The notes beneath the pieces are model-generated. The model was not told the DNA's origin and ran no database searches. It was given only the letters and a program-made list of their open reading frames with translations. From positions 1 through 19,584 of the forward strand of contig CAXGMD010000066.1 of NCBI GenBank assembly GCA_964010765.1: a stretch of 19,584 nt of DNA, read 5' to 3'. Positions 7,939 through 15,538 of this stretch are shown here, in pieces. The stretch is from an uncultured bacterium. GTDB taxonomy: Bacteria > SAR324 > NAC60-12. Both the position numbers and the translations under genes were made by a program. How positions within the stretch are numbered: position 1 is the stretch's first letter; every line of letters starts with the position of its first letter.

Positions 7939-8571
7939 TCAATGACAGCCACCATATTCAATGCGGCCATCTGGCATTACGGTGTTGCAGAGGCGGGAGC
8001 CGAGCATCAGCGCAAAGTGCATTTCTGCGCCTTGTAGGTCAGCACCATCTAAATCAGCTTCCCGTAAGTCGACTCGATAACAGACAGCTTCCCTCAGGTT
8101 GGCTCCTCGTAACTCGGCTCGACGTAAATCCGCGTAACTGAGGTTGGCTTTCTCCAGATTGACGTTCATCATCACTGAGCTCTGCAACTCTGCTCTCTCC
8201 AGGTTGACTGCACGCATGTCGGCTTCATTCAGATCAACATCTTCCAAATCTGCACCCTGAAGCTGTGCTCCCTGCATCGTTGTAAAATCAAGGTTCGCCT
8301 CCCAAAGATGCGCTCCGCTCAAGTTCGCTCCTTCCAACTGGGCTCCTTCCAAATTGACTTTTTCCATCTTGGCCCCAACCAGATTGACCCCACGGAGATC
8401 TGCGTAACTCAGATCGGCTCGGCTCAAGTTGGCATAGCTCAAATCTGCATCGACCAGATCTGCCCCATTCAATTCAGCCCCTCGCAGATCCACACCAGAC
8501 AGTTGACCTTCCGGACAAGCGTTTGTCTCACGCAATTGCCGCAAATGAGCGGGATCAAAGTTTTCTTCCAT
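7939..8571 (-). CDS. Pentapeptide repeat protein A
   Basis: Long A(D/N)Lxx array, N-cap FDPAHLRQLRETNACPEGQL, C-cap LCNTVMPDG…GGC. SD-like GGAG just upstream. Confidence 0.95.
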   Translation of the reverse strand: MEENFDPAHLRQLRETNACPEGQLSGVDLRGAELNGADLVDADLSYANLSRADLSYADLRGVNLVGAKMEKVNLEGAQLEGANLSGAHLWEANLDFTTMQGAQLQGADLEDVDLNEADMRAVNLERAELQSSVMMNVNLEKANLSYADLRRAELRGANLREAVCYRVDLREADLDGADLQGAEMHFALMLGSRLCNTVMPDGRIEYGGCH

Positions 8572-8820
8572 GCTCCCTACCTCTGCATGAAGCGCAATGA
8601 CGTTATAGGTTGGGGTACTTAAAAAAGTTATCGATAGACCTGATGAAAAATGTCACAAACTGAACACAAAACAAGGTTATTTTCTTGCCCTAGAACAACA
8701 ATTTTCTGAGTCACATTTCCACGACAAGATTAAGAATATCACCTTCCATCTAAGTCATCACTCACTTCCTCCACCAGCAACATCCCTGATGTAGGCCGAA
8801 GATAATTGTGATGTGTAATT

Positions 8821-8980
8821 TTATTTTTGTCTTTTATTATTAATTTTATAGATTTCAAAAAATTATTATAGATTTTTTTATTTATTTATAAATTAAATTA
8901 GTTATTTATAAAAAATTCATAAAAAAGTATAATTTATTATTGAAATTTAAAATACTATTTAGTAACATTAATGAAACTTA
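8821..8980. promoter_or_regulatory. Extremely AT-rich divergent promoter island with 20-bp periodic TTATA cores
   Basis: 14 G/C in 160 nt by count. TATAAT at 8928-8933 (+) with TTTATA 17 nt upstream. TATAAT on the minus strand at 8865-8870. Confidence 0.6.
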
Positions 8981-9029
8981 AGATGACAGAGAAACAACAT
9001 CCGTTGCACACAACACTTGGAGAAATAAA

Positions 9030-9497
9030 ATGGCTAACTACAATCCACTTCACTTTCAACAACTGACAGAAACCAAGTCGAGCCCCATCTGCAGCCTATC
9101 CGGCGCCGTATTGAGCGGTTTAGATCTGTTGGGAGCTGATCTGCGTTATGGCACTCTAGAAGGAGCAGACTTGAGTGGCTCTAATCTAGCAGACGCAAAA
9201 CTAACAACAGCAAATCTGGGTAGGGCAAAACTGAGTGAAGCACGTTTGGCAGGAGCAGATCTCTATGGAGCTAATCTGGAAGAGGCAGACCTGCGAGGAG
9301 CAGACCTACGGGGAGCGGACTTACGCCGAAGCAAACTAGCCCAAGCAGACCTACGGGGAGCAGACCTACGAGGAGCAGACCTAAGGGAAGCGGATTTGTT
9401 TGGAGCGGATTTTCGTGATGCTGATTTGCGAGAAGCCAATCTAGAGATGACCGCCTTCGGTGGACAACGTTTCTGTGACTACATCAATGTCGCTTAG
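9030..9497 (+). CDS. Pentapeptide repeat protein B (C-terminus possibly degenerate)
   Basis: GGAG SD (9019-9022), N-cap YNPLHFQQLTETKSSPICSL and ADLRG repeats. Paralog of 7939-8571. Confidence 0.9.
   Translation: MANYNPLHFQQLTETKSSPICSLSGAVLSGLDLLGADLRYGTLEGADLSGSNLADAKLTTANLGRAKLSEARLAGADLYGANLEEADLRGADLRGADLRRSKLAQADLRGADLRGADLREADLFGADFRDADLREANLEMTAFGGQRFCDYINVA
9285..9404 (+). repeat. 15-bp tandem repeat, consensus GCAGACCTACGGGGA (encodes ADLRG)
   Basis: Near-identical units start at 9285, 9300, 9345, 9360 and 9375. Units at 9300 and 9345 are identical. Diverged units start at 9315, 9330 and 9390. Confidence 0.85.
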
Positions 9498-9560
9498 GGC
9501 ACTGAAAACAATTCTCTACATCCAACGCTTCTTCCGCCAGCTAAGACAACACACCCTACG

Positions 9561-9584
9561 TTGGCTCCTCACAGTGGGGGCCGA
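9561..9584 (+). terminator. Possible hairpin between convergent pentapeptide B and selenoprotein genes
   Basis: TTGGCTCCT-CACAGT-GGGGGCCGA stem with three G·U pairs and no clear U-tract. Confidence 0.3.
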
Positions 9585-9592
9585 CCACAAAG

Positions 9593-9808
9593 CTACTTCA
9601 ACAAGTCTACAATCTCTTGATCCTCTGGAAACCTACCTTCATTCAACTTTGAGAAGAGCAACTGATCTTCAGCGAAGACCTCAAAAGCCCCTCTTCCGCC
9701 AGCTACCAGTTGCGTTTCTAGTTGCAACTGTTCCTTCACTGTAGCAGCCAACCTGGCTGCTCGGGGTTGGTAGTTTCAAACTCTGCAGTATTCAATACGA
9801 ATCGTCAT
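9593..9808 (-). CDS. SelT/SelW/SelH (Rdx family) selenoprotein, 71 aa, in-frame UGA read as Sec at codon 11
   Basis: SD AGGAGA (9814-9819), ATG 9808, TAG 9593-9595. Translation MTIRIEYCRVUNYQPRAARLAATVKEQLQLETQLVAGGRGAFEVFAEDQLLFSKLNEGRFPEDQEIVDLLK shows Rdx hallmarks: IEYCxxU.Y..RA, G..G.FEV and LFSK…GRFP. SECIS lies just downstream of the UGA (9776-9778). Confidence 0.95.
9743..9761 (-). promoter_or_regulatory. Bacterial SECIS element
   Basis: mRNA reads UGA-AACUACCAACCCCG-AGCAGCCA-GGU-UGGCUGCU: a perfect 8-bp stem starting 14 nt after the UGA, with a G-led apical loop. Confidence 0.88.
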
Positions 9809-9899
9809 TTTTGTCTCCTGATCGTTTCATTGGATTCATTAGCTAGCTTAGTCGATTGAGAGCCGAAAGACCAAGCTGACTCTTGCATCTGGTATCGAA

Positions 9900-10904
9900 T
9901 CAATCACCCGGCAGGGGAACCTCTGGACCAAGCATGCCTTCTTTTCGAAGTTCCAACCAAAGATCACGCGGAATTTCTAGCTCAAATAACCACAAGTTTT
10001 CCTGCCACTCCTCACGACTCCGTACACCGGTCAATACCGTGGCAACTGCTGGGTGACCGAGCGGAAACTGTAGAGCAGCAGCCTTGAGAGGCACACCATG
10101 TCGTTGACAGATCACTTCCATCGCCAAAGCCCGATCAATCAAGTCCTGGGGAGCCTCAACGTAGTTGTAGGTGGTTCCAGGGACTGGATTGGCTAAAATC
10201 CCACTATTGTAGACACCGCCAATCACAATTGAGGTCCCGTGCTTCAGACACTTGGGGAGCAATTCAGCCAACGAACTTTGATCCAGCAGGGTATAGCGTC
10301 CTGCGAGTAAAAAGCAGTCAAAGTCCCCATGATCAAGGAACTTGGACAGCATCTCCCATTGATTCATTCCTGCGGAAACAGCCTTGATACTACCCTCCTC
10401 ACGCAAACGATTCAGGGCCTGATAGGCTCCTAGCACCGCATCCGTGAAGTGTTCGTCAGAATCATGGATATGCAGAATGTCTACTGCGTCCACTCCAAGA
10501 CGCTGAAGGCTCTCCTCATGGGAGCGCAGCACTCCATCGTAAGAGAAATCAAAAATGAAGCGCTTGTCTGGATTCGCCAGGTAGAACGGCTGTCTGTCGC
10601 CGTAAAGTTCAGTACCTTCACGGACACCTGGACGAATCAACCGACCAACTTTGGTAGAAATCAGTGGACGACTGGACAATTGCGGTAGGCTACGGCCGAT
10701 CCGTTCTTCAGAGAGACCATATCCATAGAAAGGGGCTGTGTCCACATAGTTAATCCCTGAATTCAGAGCCTCTTCAATTGTTAGGAGTGCTTCTTCTTCA
10801 GAGACTTTATTCAGCAAGTTGCCTAAAGGCGCTGCGCCCAGAGAGAGTTGTGACACACTCAGTCCACTGGATCCCAGGGCATTGGTTTCAAATGGATTGG
10901 GCAT
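9900..10904 (-). CDS. Aldo/keto reductase (D-threo-aldose/L-fucose dehydrogenase-like)
   Basis: LGAAPLGNL, DTAPFYGYGLSE, STKVGR, DFSYDG, LHIHD, LLAGRYTLLDQ and GGVYNSGIL. Confidence 0.93.
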   Translation of the reverse strand: MPNPFETNALGSSGLSVSQLSLGAAPLGNLLNKVSEEEALLTIEEALNSGINYVDTAPFYGYGLSEERIGRSLPQLSSRPLISTKVGRLIRPGVREGTELYGDRQPFYLANPDKRFIFDFSYDGVLRSHEESLQRLGVDAVDILHIHDSDEHFTDAVLGAYQALNRLREEGSIKAVSAGMNQWEMLSKFLDHGDFDCFLLAGRYTLLDQSSLAELLPKCLKHGTSIVIGGVYNSGILANPVPGTTYNYVEAPQDLIDRALAMEVICQRHGVPLKAAALQFPLGHPAVATVLTGVRSREEWQENLWLFELEIPRDLWLELRKEGMLGPEVPLPGD

Positions 10905-11147
10905 AGGACTTCCTGAAATGAGTTTCGAATTACGATCAAGACCAAAGCAGTATCATTCCTGAGGTCGATACGATCAAAAAATGGCTATCCGCAAGATACT
11001 CTATTAGAGATGTGGTGCAAGGATTCATATTTTGCTGACAGTCGAATCCAGGACTGCCATATTAATTGTTACAGGAAACTGCCTAGGTCATTTTGACCCA
11101 GTTCCCTTGCTGCTGTAGCCATTCCCTCTTAACCAAAAACGGAGTTT

Positions 11148-11591
11148 ATGATTAAACTGACTGAAAATGAAGCCTTGATGGTACTGGTGGATCTCGTCCA
11201 GGAATCTGATGAATTGCCTGCGAAGGCCCGCTTGGAAATTGATGGGAAGGTCAAATGGCTACTAAAGCAACATGAGAAGATTAGCGATCCTCAATGGACG
11301 CTCTATCACCGCAAGTGGAAAGCAACGAGCCAGCACGATGAATTTTATGAATCCGCCATTACTGTTCTGAAAGGCAGTACAGTAGAAACACGTCATCGTG
11401 CTTGTGCCTGGATGTGGGCTGCCGCCATCGCTGCTGGAGTAGCTTCAGCTACAATTGATGAGAACAATGTTTCTGCCAAGGAGATGAAACTCATCCAACA
11501 AACTCGAAAACAGCTCGGTGTTTCCATCACAGAGCAGTATGTGGCTTTTGGCAAACTACCTCATACGGCACTGGAAGAGTTGAAACCCTAG
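11148..11591 (+). CDS. Hypothetical protein, possibly TerB-like
   Basis: GGAG SD. C-terminal MW..A.A…D…VS.KE..LI…..QLGVS resembles the TerB-family A.ADG…E…L…LG pattern. Confidence 0.7.
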   Translation: MIKLTENEALMVLVDLVQESDELPAKARLEIDGKVKWLLKQHEKISDPQWTLYHRKWKATSQHDEFYESAITVLKGSTVETRHRACAWMWAAAIAAGVASATIDENNVSAKEMKLIQQTRKQLGVSITEQYVAFGKLPHTALEELKP

Positions 11592-11638
11592 TACGGAGAC
11601 GCGTTTTAGTTTAGGGAAAGTAAGTAAACGTTAGGAAC

Positions 11639-11662
11639 GGGTGGGATTCAGCAATCCCACCC
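11639..11662. terminator. Strong hairpin between convergent genes, probable terminator
   Basis: GGGTGGGATT-CAGC-AATCCCACCC, a perfect 10-bp stem 18 nt beyond the fliG stop. U-tract is weak. Confidence 0.7.
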
Positions 11663-11680
11663 AGCAGAGTTGGAAGTAAC

Positions 11681-12688
11681 TTAGACGACGTCGTCGCCAG
11701 CTCCAGCCATGATGAGTTTGCCTTCCTCTTCAAGCTTCTTTACAACCTTGATGATCTTTTGTTGGGCACCTTCAACGTCTGCGACTTTAACTGGCCCCAT
11801 GTTCTCCAGATCATCGTTGAGCATCTCGGCTGCCCTGGTGGACATTGAGCTCAGAATCAACTCCTTGACCGCATCACTGGCGGTCTTCAAGGCCATCGCT
11901 AGATCAGCTTTATCCACATCCTTCAAGACTGTCTGCATCTGCTTGCTATCAATCAGCGTCAAATCTTCGAAGGTGAACATCAATTCACGAATTTGCTCAG
12001 CTAGATCAGGATTCGATTCCTCGATAGTGGAGAGAATTCGCGTCTCGGACGCCTTGTCAATTGCGTTAAGGATCTCGGCCACTGGTGCAACTCCACCGAC
12101 TTTGGTCACCATGCTACCTGCCTGTTTCATTTCATCTGTTAGCACTTCGTTGAGTTCATTGACCACCCCTGGAGGAATACTGTCCAGAGAAGCGATTCGA
12201 TAAACAACATCTGCCTGGAGATTTTCCGGAAGAGTTCGCAGGACAGTAGCTGCCTGGTCCACATCTGACAAGTAAGAAATGATTAAGGCAATGGTCTGCG
12301 GGTGTTCAGTCCGGATGTAGTTGGAAATCATCACGGGATCAATAAATTTAAGCGCCTCTAGCCCCATGTCTTCGGTCTGGGCACTCATTGATGCGCCAAG
12401 CTCTTTCGCTTTGTCTGGACCCAAAGCCTTGCTCAAGGCATTCTTGATGAAGTCTGGAGAAGCCATCAGGTCTCCCCCTCCATCACTCATCACAGACTGT
12501 CTATAAAACTCTTCAAGAACCTGATCCAATTCCTCGGACGAGATATCGTTGAAGCGAGTCATGTAGTAGCCAACCTGCTGAATCTCAGCTTCTTCGAGGT
12601 TCTTCATGACATCGGCAGCCCCCTCTTCGCCCAAGGCTAGCAATAGGATCGCCGCTTTCTTGGGACCCGTTAGTTTGCCAACCGCCAT
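11681..12688 (-). CDS. fliG: Flagellar motor switch protein FliG
   Basis: KKAAILLLALGEE, EHPQTIA, GG linker, MFTFEDL and torque helix MSTRAAEMLNDDL. AAGGAG SD. Confidence 0.96.
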   Translation of the reverse strand: MAVGKLTGPKKAAILLLALGEEGAADVMKNLEEAEIQQVGYYMTRFNDISSEELDQVLEEFYRQSVMSDGGGDLMASPDFIKNALSKALGPDKAKELGASMSAQTEDMGLEALKFIDPVMISNYIRTEHPQTIALIISYLSDVDQAATVLRTLPENLQADVVYRIASLDSIPPGVVNELNEVLTDEMKQAGSMVTKVGGVAPVAEILNAIDKASETRILSTIEESNPDLAEQIRELMFTFEDLTLIDSKQMQTVLKDVDKADLAMALKTASDAVKELILSSMSTRAAEMLNDDLENMGPVKVADVEGAQQKIIKVVKKLEEEGKLIMAGAGDDVV

Positions 12689-12747
12689 ACCTGCTCCTTA
12701 GACAATGGTTTAAGTGTGATCAGAACGTGTAAAGAAAATTTATGTCA

Positions 12748-12763
12748 CATCTTTGCAAAGATG
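12748..12763. promoter_or_regulatory. 16-bp perfect palindrome CATCTTTGCAAAGATG upstream of fliG
   Basis: Exact self-complementary 16-mer about 60 nt upstream of the fliG ATG. Confidence 0.45.
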
Positions 12764-12803
12764 CAAACCACATACGTTTTGCCCGCGGGAAGAGCAGATT
12801 TTT

Positions 12804-13679
12804 TTAGTTCCCCATTCCGTGAGAGCGATCATACCCATTGATGGACGGAGAGCGCCAACCAACTTTGGTCAATTCGTCATTAGTGGGACAGTAGTGTTCC
12901 ACTCGTAAAGGATAACAAGTAGAAGAGTCGCTGGAGTGTTCGCTACCACAATCACCCCCAGGGCAAGCTGAGAGCGCCCCTAGCAGATGTACCTCTGCAA
13001 AGAATTCCAGATAGTCTCCCGAGCGAACCGGGCTGGCCTTCATGAAATACTGGTGGGTGTCCTGAAGAAAACCTGTGCACATGAAGACATTGAGTACATC
13101 GTGCACATCAGCCTCTATCTCGGCTGTTGAGAGTCCCGTCTCTAGGGCCAAGCTGCGGATTAGGTTGGAGTGACAGCAGTGATGATATTTGGTCTGGTTC
13201 AACAGAAACGAGGTGTAGGGATCACAGCGAGTACCGATGACATCATGCACACCGGCTCCAAATTCGTCGAAGCCGTACCAGTCCAGGGTGTCCGCAGTGA
13301 TCGTTGCCAGTGGACGCAAGTAGGGAAACCCCGACCAGAGTCGATCTCCTGTCGAGAGATGCGTACCGTGAAGCGCTCGTGTCTTACCGCTGTAGAAACG
13401 CTCCTGTAGATTCTCTGCCTGCCAGAGGTTGAGATCTCCCACCTGGGGCCCATCCACACAGACAATCCGAAAGAAATGACCGGCTGGAATTTCGAAAGTT
13501 CGTGCTTCCCTTGCAGGCACCTCCAAAGACTCTACCAATTCAAAATTTTTGCGTGCTCGAAAGTATAATTCGAGAGGAGCCACCTTGAGTTGGTCCACCG
13601 GATAGCAAATCACCGGTCGGATAGCCTTGCGCTTTTCCGCATCCAGAGGTGCTGGGAAATCAGGGGTTCTGGACTTCAT
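12804..13679 (-). CDS. DUF1989/urea carboxylase-associated family protein
   Basis: GPQVGDLNLW, ERFYSGKTR, HDVIGTRCDPY, CCHSNL, HDVLNVFMCTGF, GDYLEFFAE and LSACPGGD. Confidence 0.9.
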   Translation of the reverse strand: MKSRTPDFPAPLDAEKRKAIRPVICYPVDQLKVAPLELYFRARKNFELVESLEVPAREARTFEIPAGHFFRIVCVDGPQVGDLNLWQAENLQERFYSGKTRALHGTHLSTGDRLWSGFPYLRPLATITADTLDWYGFDEFGAGVHDVIGTRCDPYTSFLLNQTKYHHCCHSNLIRSLALETGLSTAEIEADVHDVLNVFMCTGFLQDTHQYFMKASPVRSGDYLEFFAEVHLLGALSACPGGDCGSEHSSDSSTCYPLRVEHYCPTNDELTKVGWRSPSINGYDRSHGMGN

Positions 13680-13729
13680 GAGATGATTCAGAGTTTGAGG
13701 AGCGTCGATATCGAAACAAGCAAGGAGAG

Positions 13730-13750
13730 AGGCACCCGTCGTGAGTGCCT
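13730..13750 (-). terminator. Hairpin directly after the metY stop
   Basis: mRNA AGGCACUC-ACGAC-GGGUGCCU followed by a pyrimidine run (CUCUCCUU). Confidence 0.55.
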
Positions 13751-13757
13751 TTAACTG

Positions 13758-15059
13758 TTACTCTTGGATCTGCTGGAAGGCTTCATCGAGATCATTAATG
13801 ATGTCCTCGACCCGCTCCAAACCGACTGAGAGGCGAATCACTTCCGGACCGGCTCCTGCGGCAACGCGCTGCTCATCGGTCAATTGTCGGTGGGTAGTCG
13901 ATGCTGGGTGAATGATTAAGGACCGCGTGTCACCGATGTTGGCCACGTGACTATGTAGTTCTACTGACTCCACCAGCTTCACACCTGCCTCGTAGCCTCC
14001 CTTGATGCCAAAGGTGAAGACCGATCCCGCTCCACCTTCGAGATATTTTGAAGCCAACTGATGGAAAGAATTGTCTGGCAAGCCCGCATAAGATACCCAA
14101 TCCACCTGCGGATGACCCTGCAGAAACTCTGCGACTCGCTGTGCATTCTGGCAATGTCGTTCCATGCGCAAAGCCAAGGTCTCTACACCGTTGAGGGTCA
14201 ACCAGGCATGAAAGGGGGACATGGTTGAGCCAAGGTCACGCAAACTAACCGCATGGCTATAGAGCGTGTAGGCCAGATCATTGCCAAAGGTTTCAGCAAA
14301 GGTGATCCCGTTGTACTCCGCCGCTGGTTGACTCAGGCTGGGGAACTTCTCATTACCAAGCCAGTGAAAGGTTCCAGAGTCGATGACCACACCCCCAACC
14401 GCATTGCCCTGTCCAGATAGAAACTTGGTCGTGGAGTGGGTGACGAGATCTGCCCCCCATTCGATAGGCCGGCAAAGGGCTGGGGTCGCCATCGTATTGT
14501 CTACGATCAGGGGCACACCCGCTTCCTGAGCCACCTTGGCAATGGCTTTGAGGTCAATCACCACACCACCCGGATTGGCAAGGCTCTCGACAAAAATGGC
14601 GCGAGTGTTTTCCGTTACCGCCTGTCGGAATGCATCTGGATCAGTGGCCTCGACAAAGATCGCCTTCCAATCGAATTTCTGAAAGCTCTTGCCCATCAGA
14701 TTGATGCTACCCCCATAGAGCTTGTTCGCGACGATCACTTCCATGCCGGGAGACATCAGGGCAAAGAGTGCCAAGACTTCGGATGAATGTCCCGAAGCGG
14801 TACAAGTGGCTCCCCGTCCTCCTTCGAGTGTAGCCAATCGCTCCTCCAGCGCTGCCACAGTCGGATTCGTCAAACGGGAGTAGATGAAACCGGGCGTCTG
14901 TAAGTTGAAGAGCGATGCGGCATGATCAGCGTCTTCAAACACGTAGGAGGTTGTTTGATAGATTGGGAAGGAACGTGCTCCGGTAGTCGCCTCCGGGGGA
15001 GTTCCCGCATGGATCGCCAGCGTCTCGAAACCGTACTGGGGATGGAGGGACTTCTTCAT
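13758..15059 (-). CDS. metY: O-acetylhomoserine aminocarboxypropyltransferase/sulfhydrylase (PLP-dependent)
   Basis: PIYQTTSYVF, IYSRLTNPT, LYGG, VDNT, HSTTKFLSG (PLP Lys), HVANIGDTRSLIIHPASTTHRQL and RLSVGLE. Confidence 0.95.
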   Translation of the reverse strand: MKKSLHPQYGFETLAIHAGTPPEATTGARSFPIYQTTSYVFEDADHAASLFNLQTPGFIYSRLTNPTVAALEERLATLEGGRGATCTASGHSSEVLALFALMSPGMEVIVANKLYGGSINLMGKSFQKFDWKAIFVEATDPDAFRQAVTENTRAIFVESLANPGGVVIDLKAIAKVAQEAGVPLIVDNTMATPALCRPIEWGADLVTHSTTKFLSGQGNAVGGVVIDSGTFHWLGNEKFPSLSQPAAEYNGITFAETFGNDLAYTLYSHAVSLRDLGSTMSPFHAWLTLNGVETLALRMERHCQNAQRVAEFLQGHPQVDWVSYAGLPDNSFHQLASKYLEGGAGSVFTFGIKGGYEAGVKLVESVELHSHVANIGDTRSLIIHPASTTHRQLTDEQRVAAGAGPEVIRLSVGLERVEDIINDLDEAFQQIQE

Positions 15060-15538
15060 CGATGCCTCCGTTGGCTGGAGATCACTCCGGTGTTGATGCC
15101 TTGCCAGCCCAGTTCTCCCCAGAGTCGGGAGTACTCGATCTTCGGGCAGCGATTCATGACGACCTGTAGACCATTTTTTTCAGCAATTGCACGAGCTTCC
15201 TCGCTGACAACCCCAATTTGCAGCCAAAGCACCTTTGCCCCGCACTGTACCGCCTCTTCAGCAATCGCAGGAGCTTCCTCTCCTCTGCGAAACACCTCGA
15301 CCATGTCAACTGGTCCTACATCGGCCAACTTGGCTTGCACGGTTTCTCCCAGCAGGGTTTGACCGGCAGCTCTTGGATTGACGGGCAGCATCTGGTAGCC
15401 CTTCTGAGAGAGGTATTTCATCACAAAGAAACTGGGACGTTTCCAATTGGTAGAGGCTCCTACTACTGCGATCCGGCGAACGCTGCGCAGGATATCTCGT
15501 AGTTGCCGATCCGATACTTCAGTGGTGAGTGTGTTCAC
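15056..15538 (-). CDS. CoA-binding protein (YccU-like)
   Basis: IAVVGAS, RPS..V..YL, PVNP, VDMVEVFR, LWLQIGV and MNRCPKIE. ATGA overlap with metY. Confidence 0.93.
   Translation of the reverse strand: MNTLTTEVSDRQLRDILRSVRRIAVVGASTNWKRPSFFVMKYLSQKGYQMLPVNPRAAGQTLLGETVQAKLADVGPVDMVEVFRRGEEAPAIAEEAVQCGAKVLWLQIGVVSEEARAIAEKNGLQVVMNRCPKIEYSRLWGELGWQGINTGVISSQRRHR

Noticed and set aside
8642..8657. CRP/FNR-like site GATGA-N6-TCACA upstream of pentapeptide A
   Set aside because: Only one good half-site, too weak to support.
9285..9404. Repeat array considered as CRISPR
   Set aside because: The 15-bp units are contiguous, have no spacers and are in frame within a pentapeptide gene.
9460..9744. 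ORF-track 94-aa plus-strand ORF
   Set aside because: It is the antisense shadow of the selenoprotein gene, with no SD or family features.
11910..11918. DnaA-box match TTATCCACA
   Set aside because: Single copy inside fliG. No boxes were noticed near the AT-rich island, so there is no oriC call.
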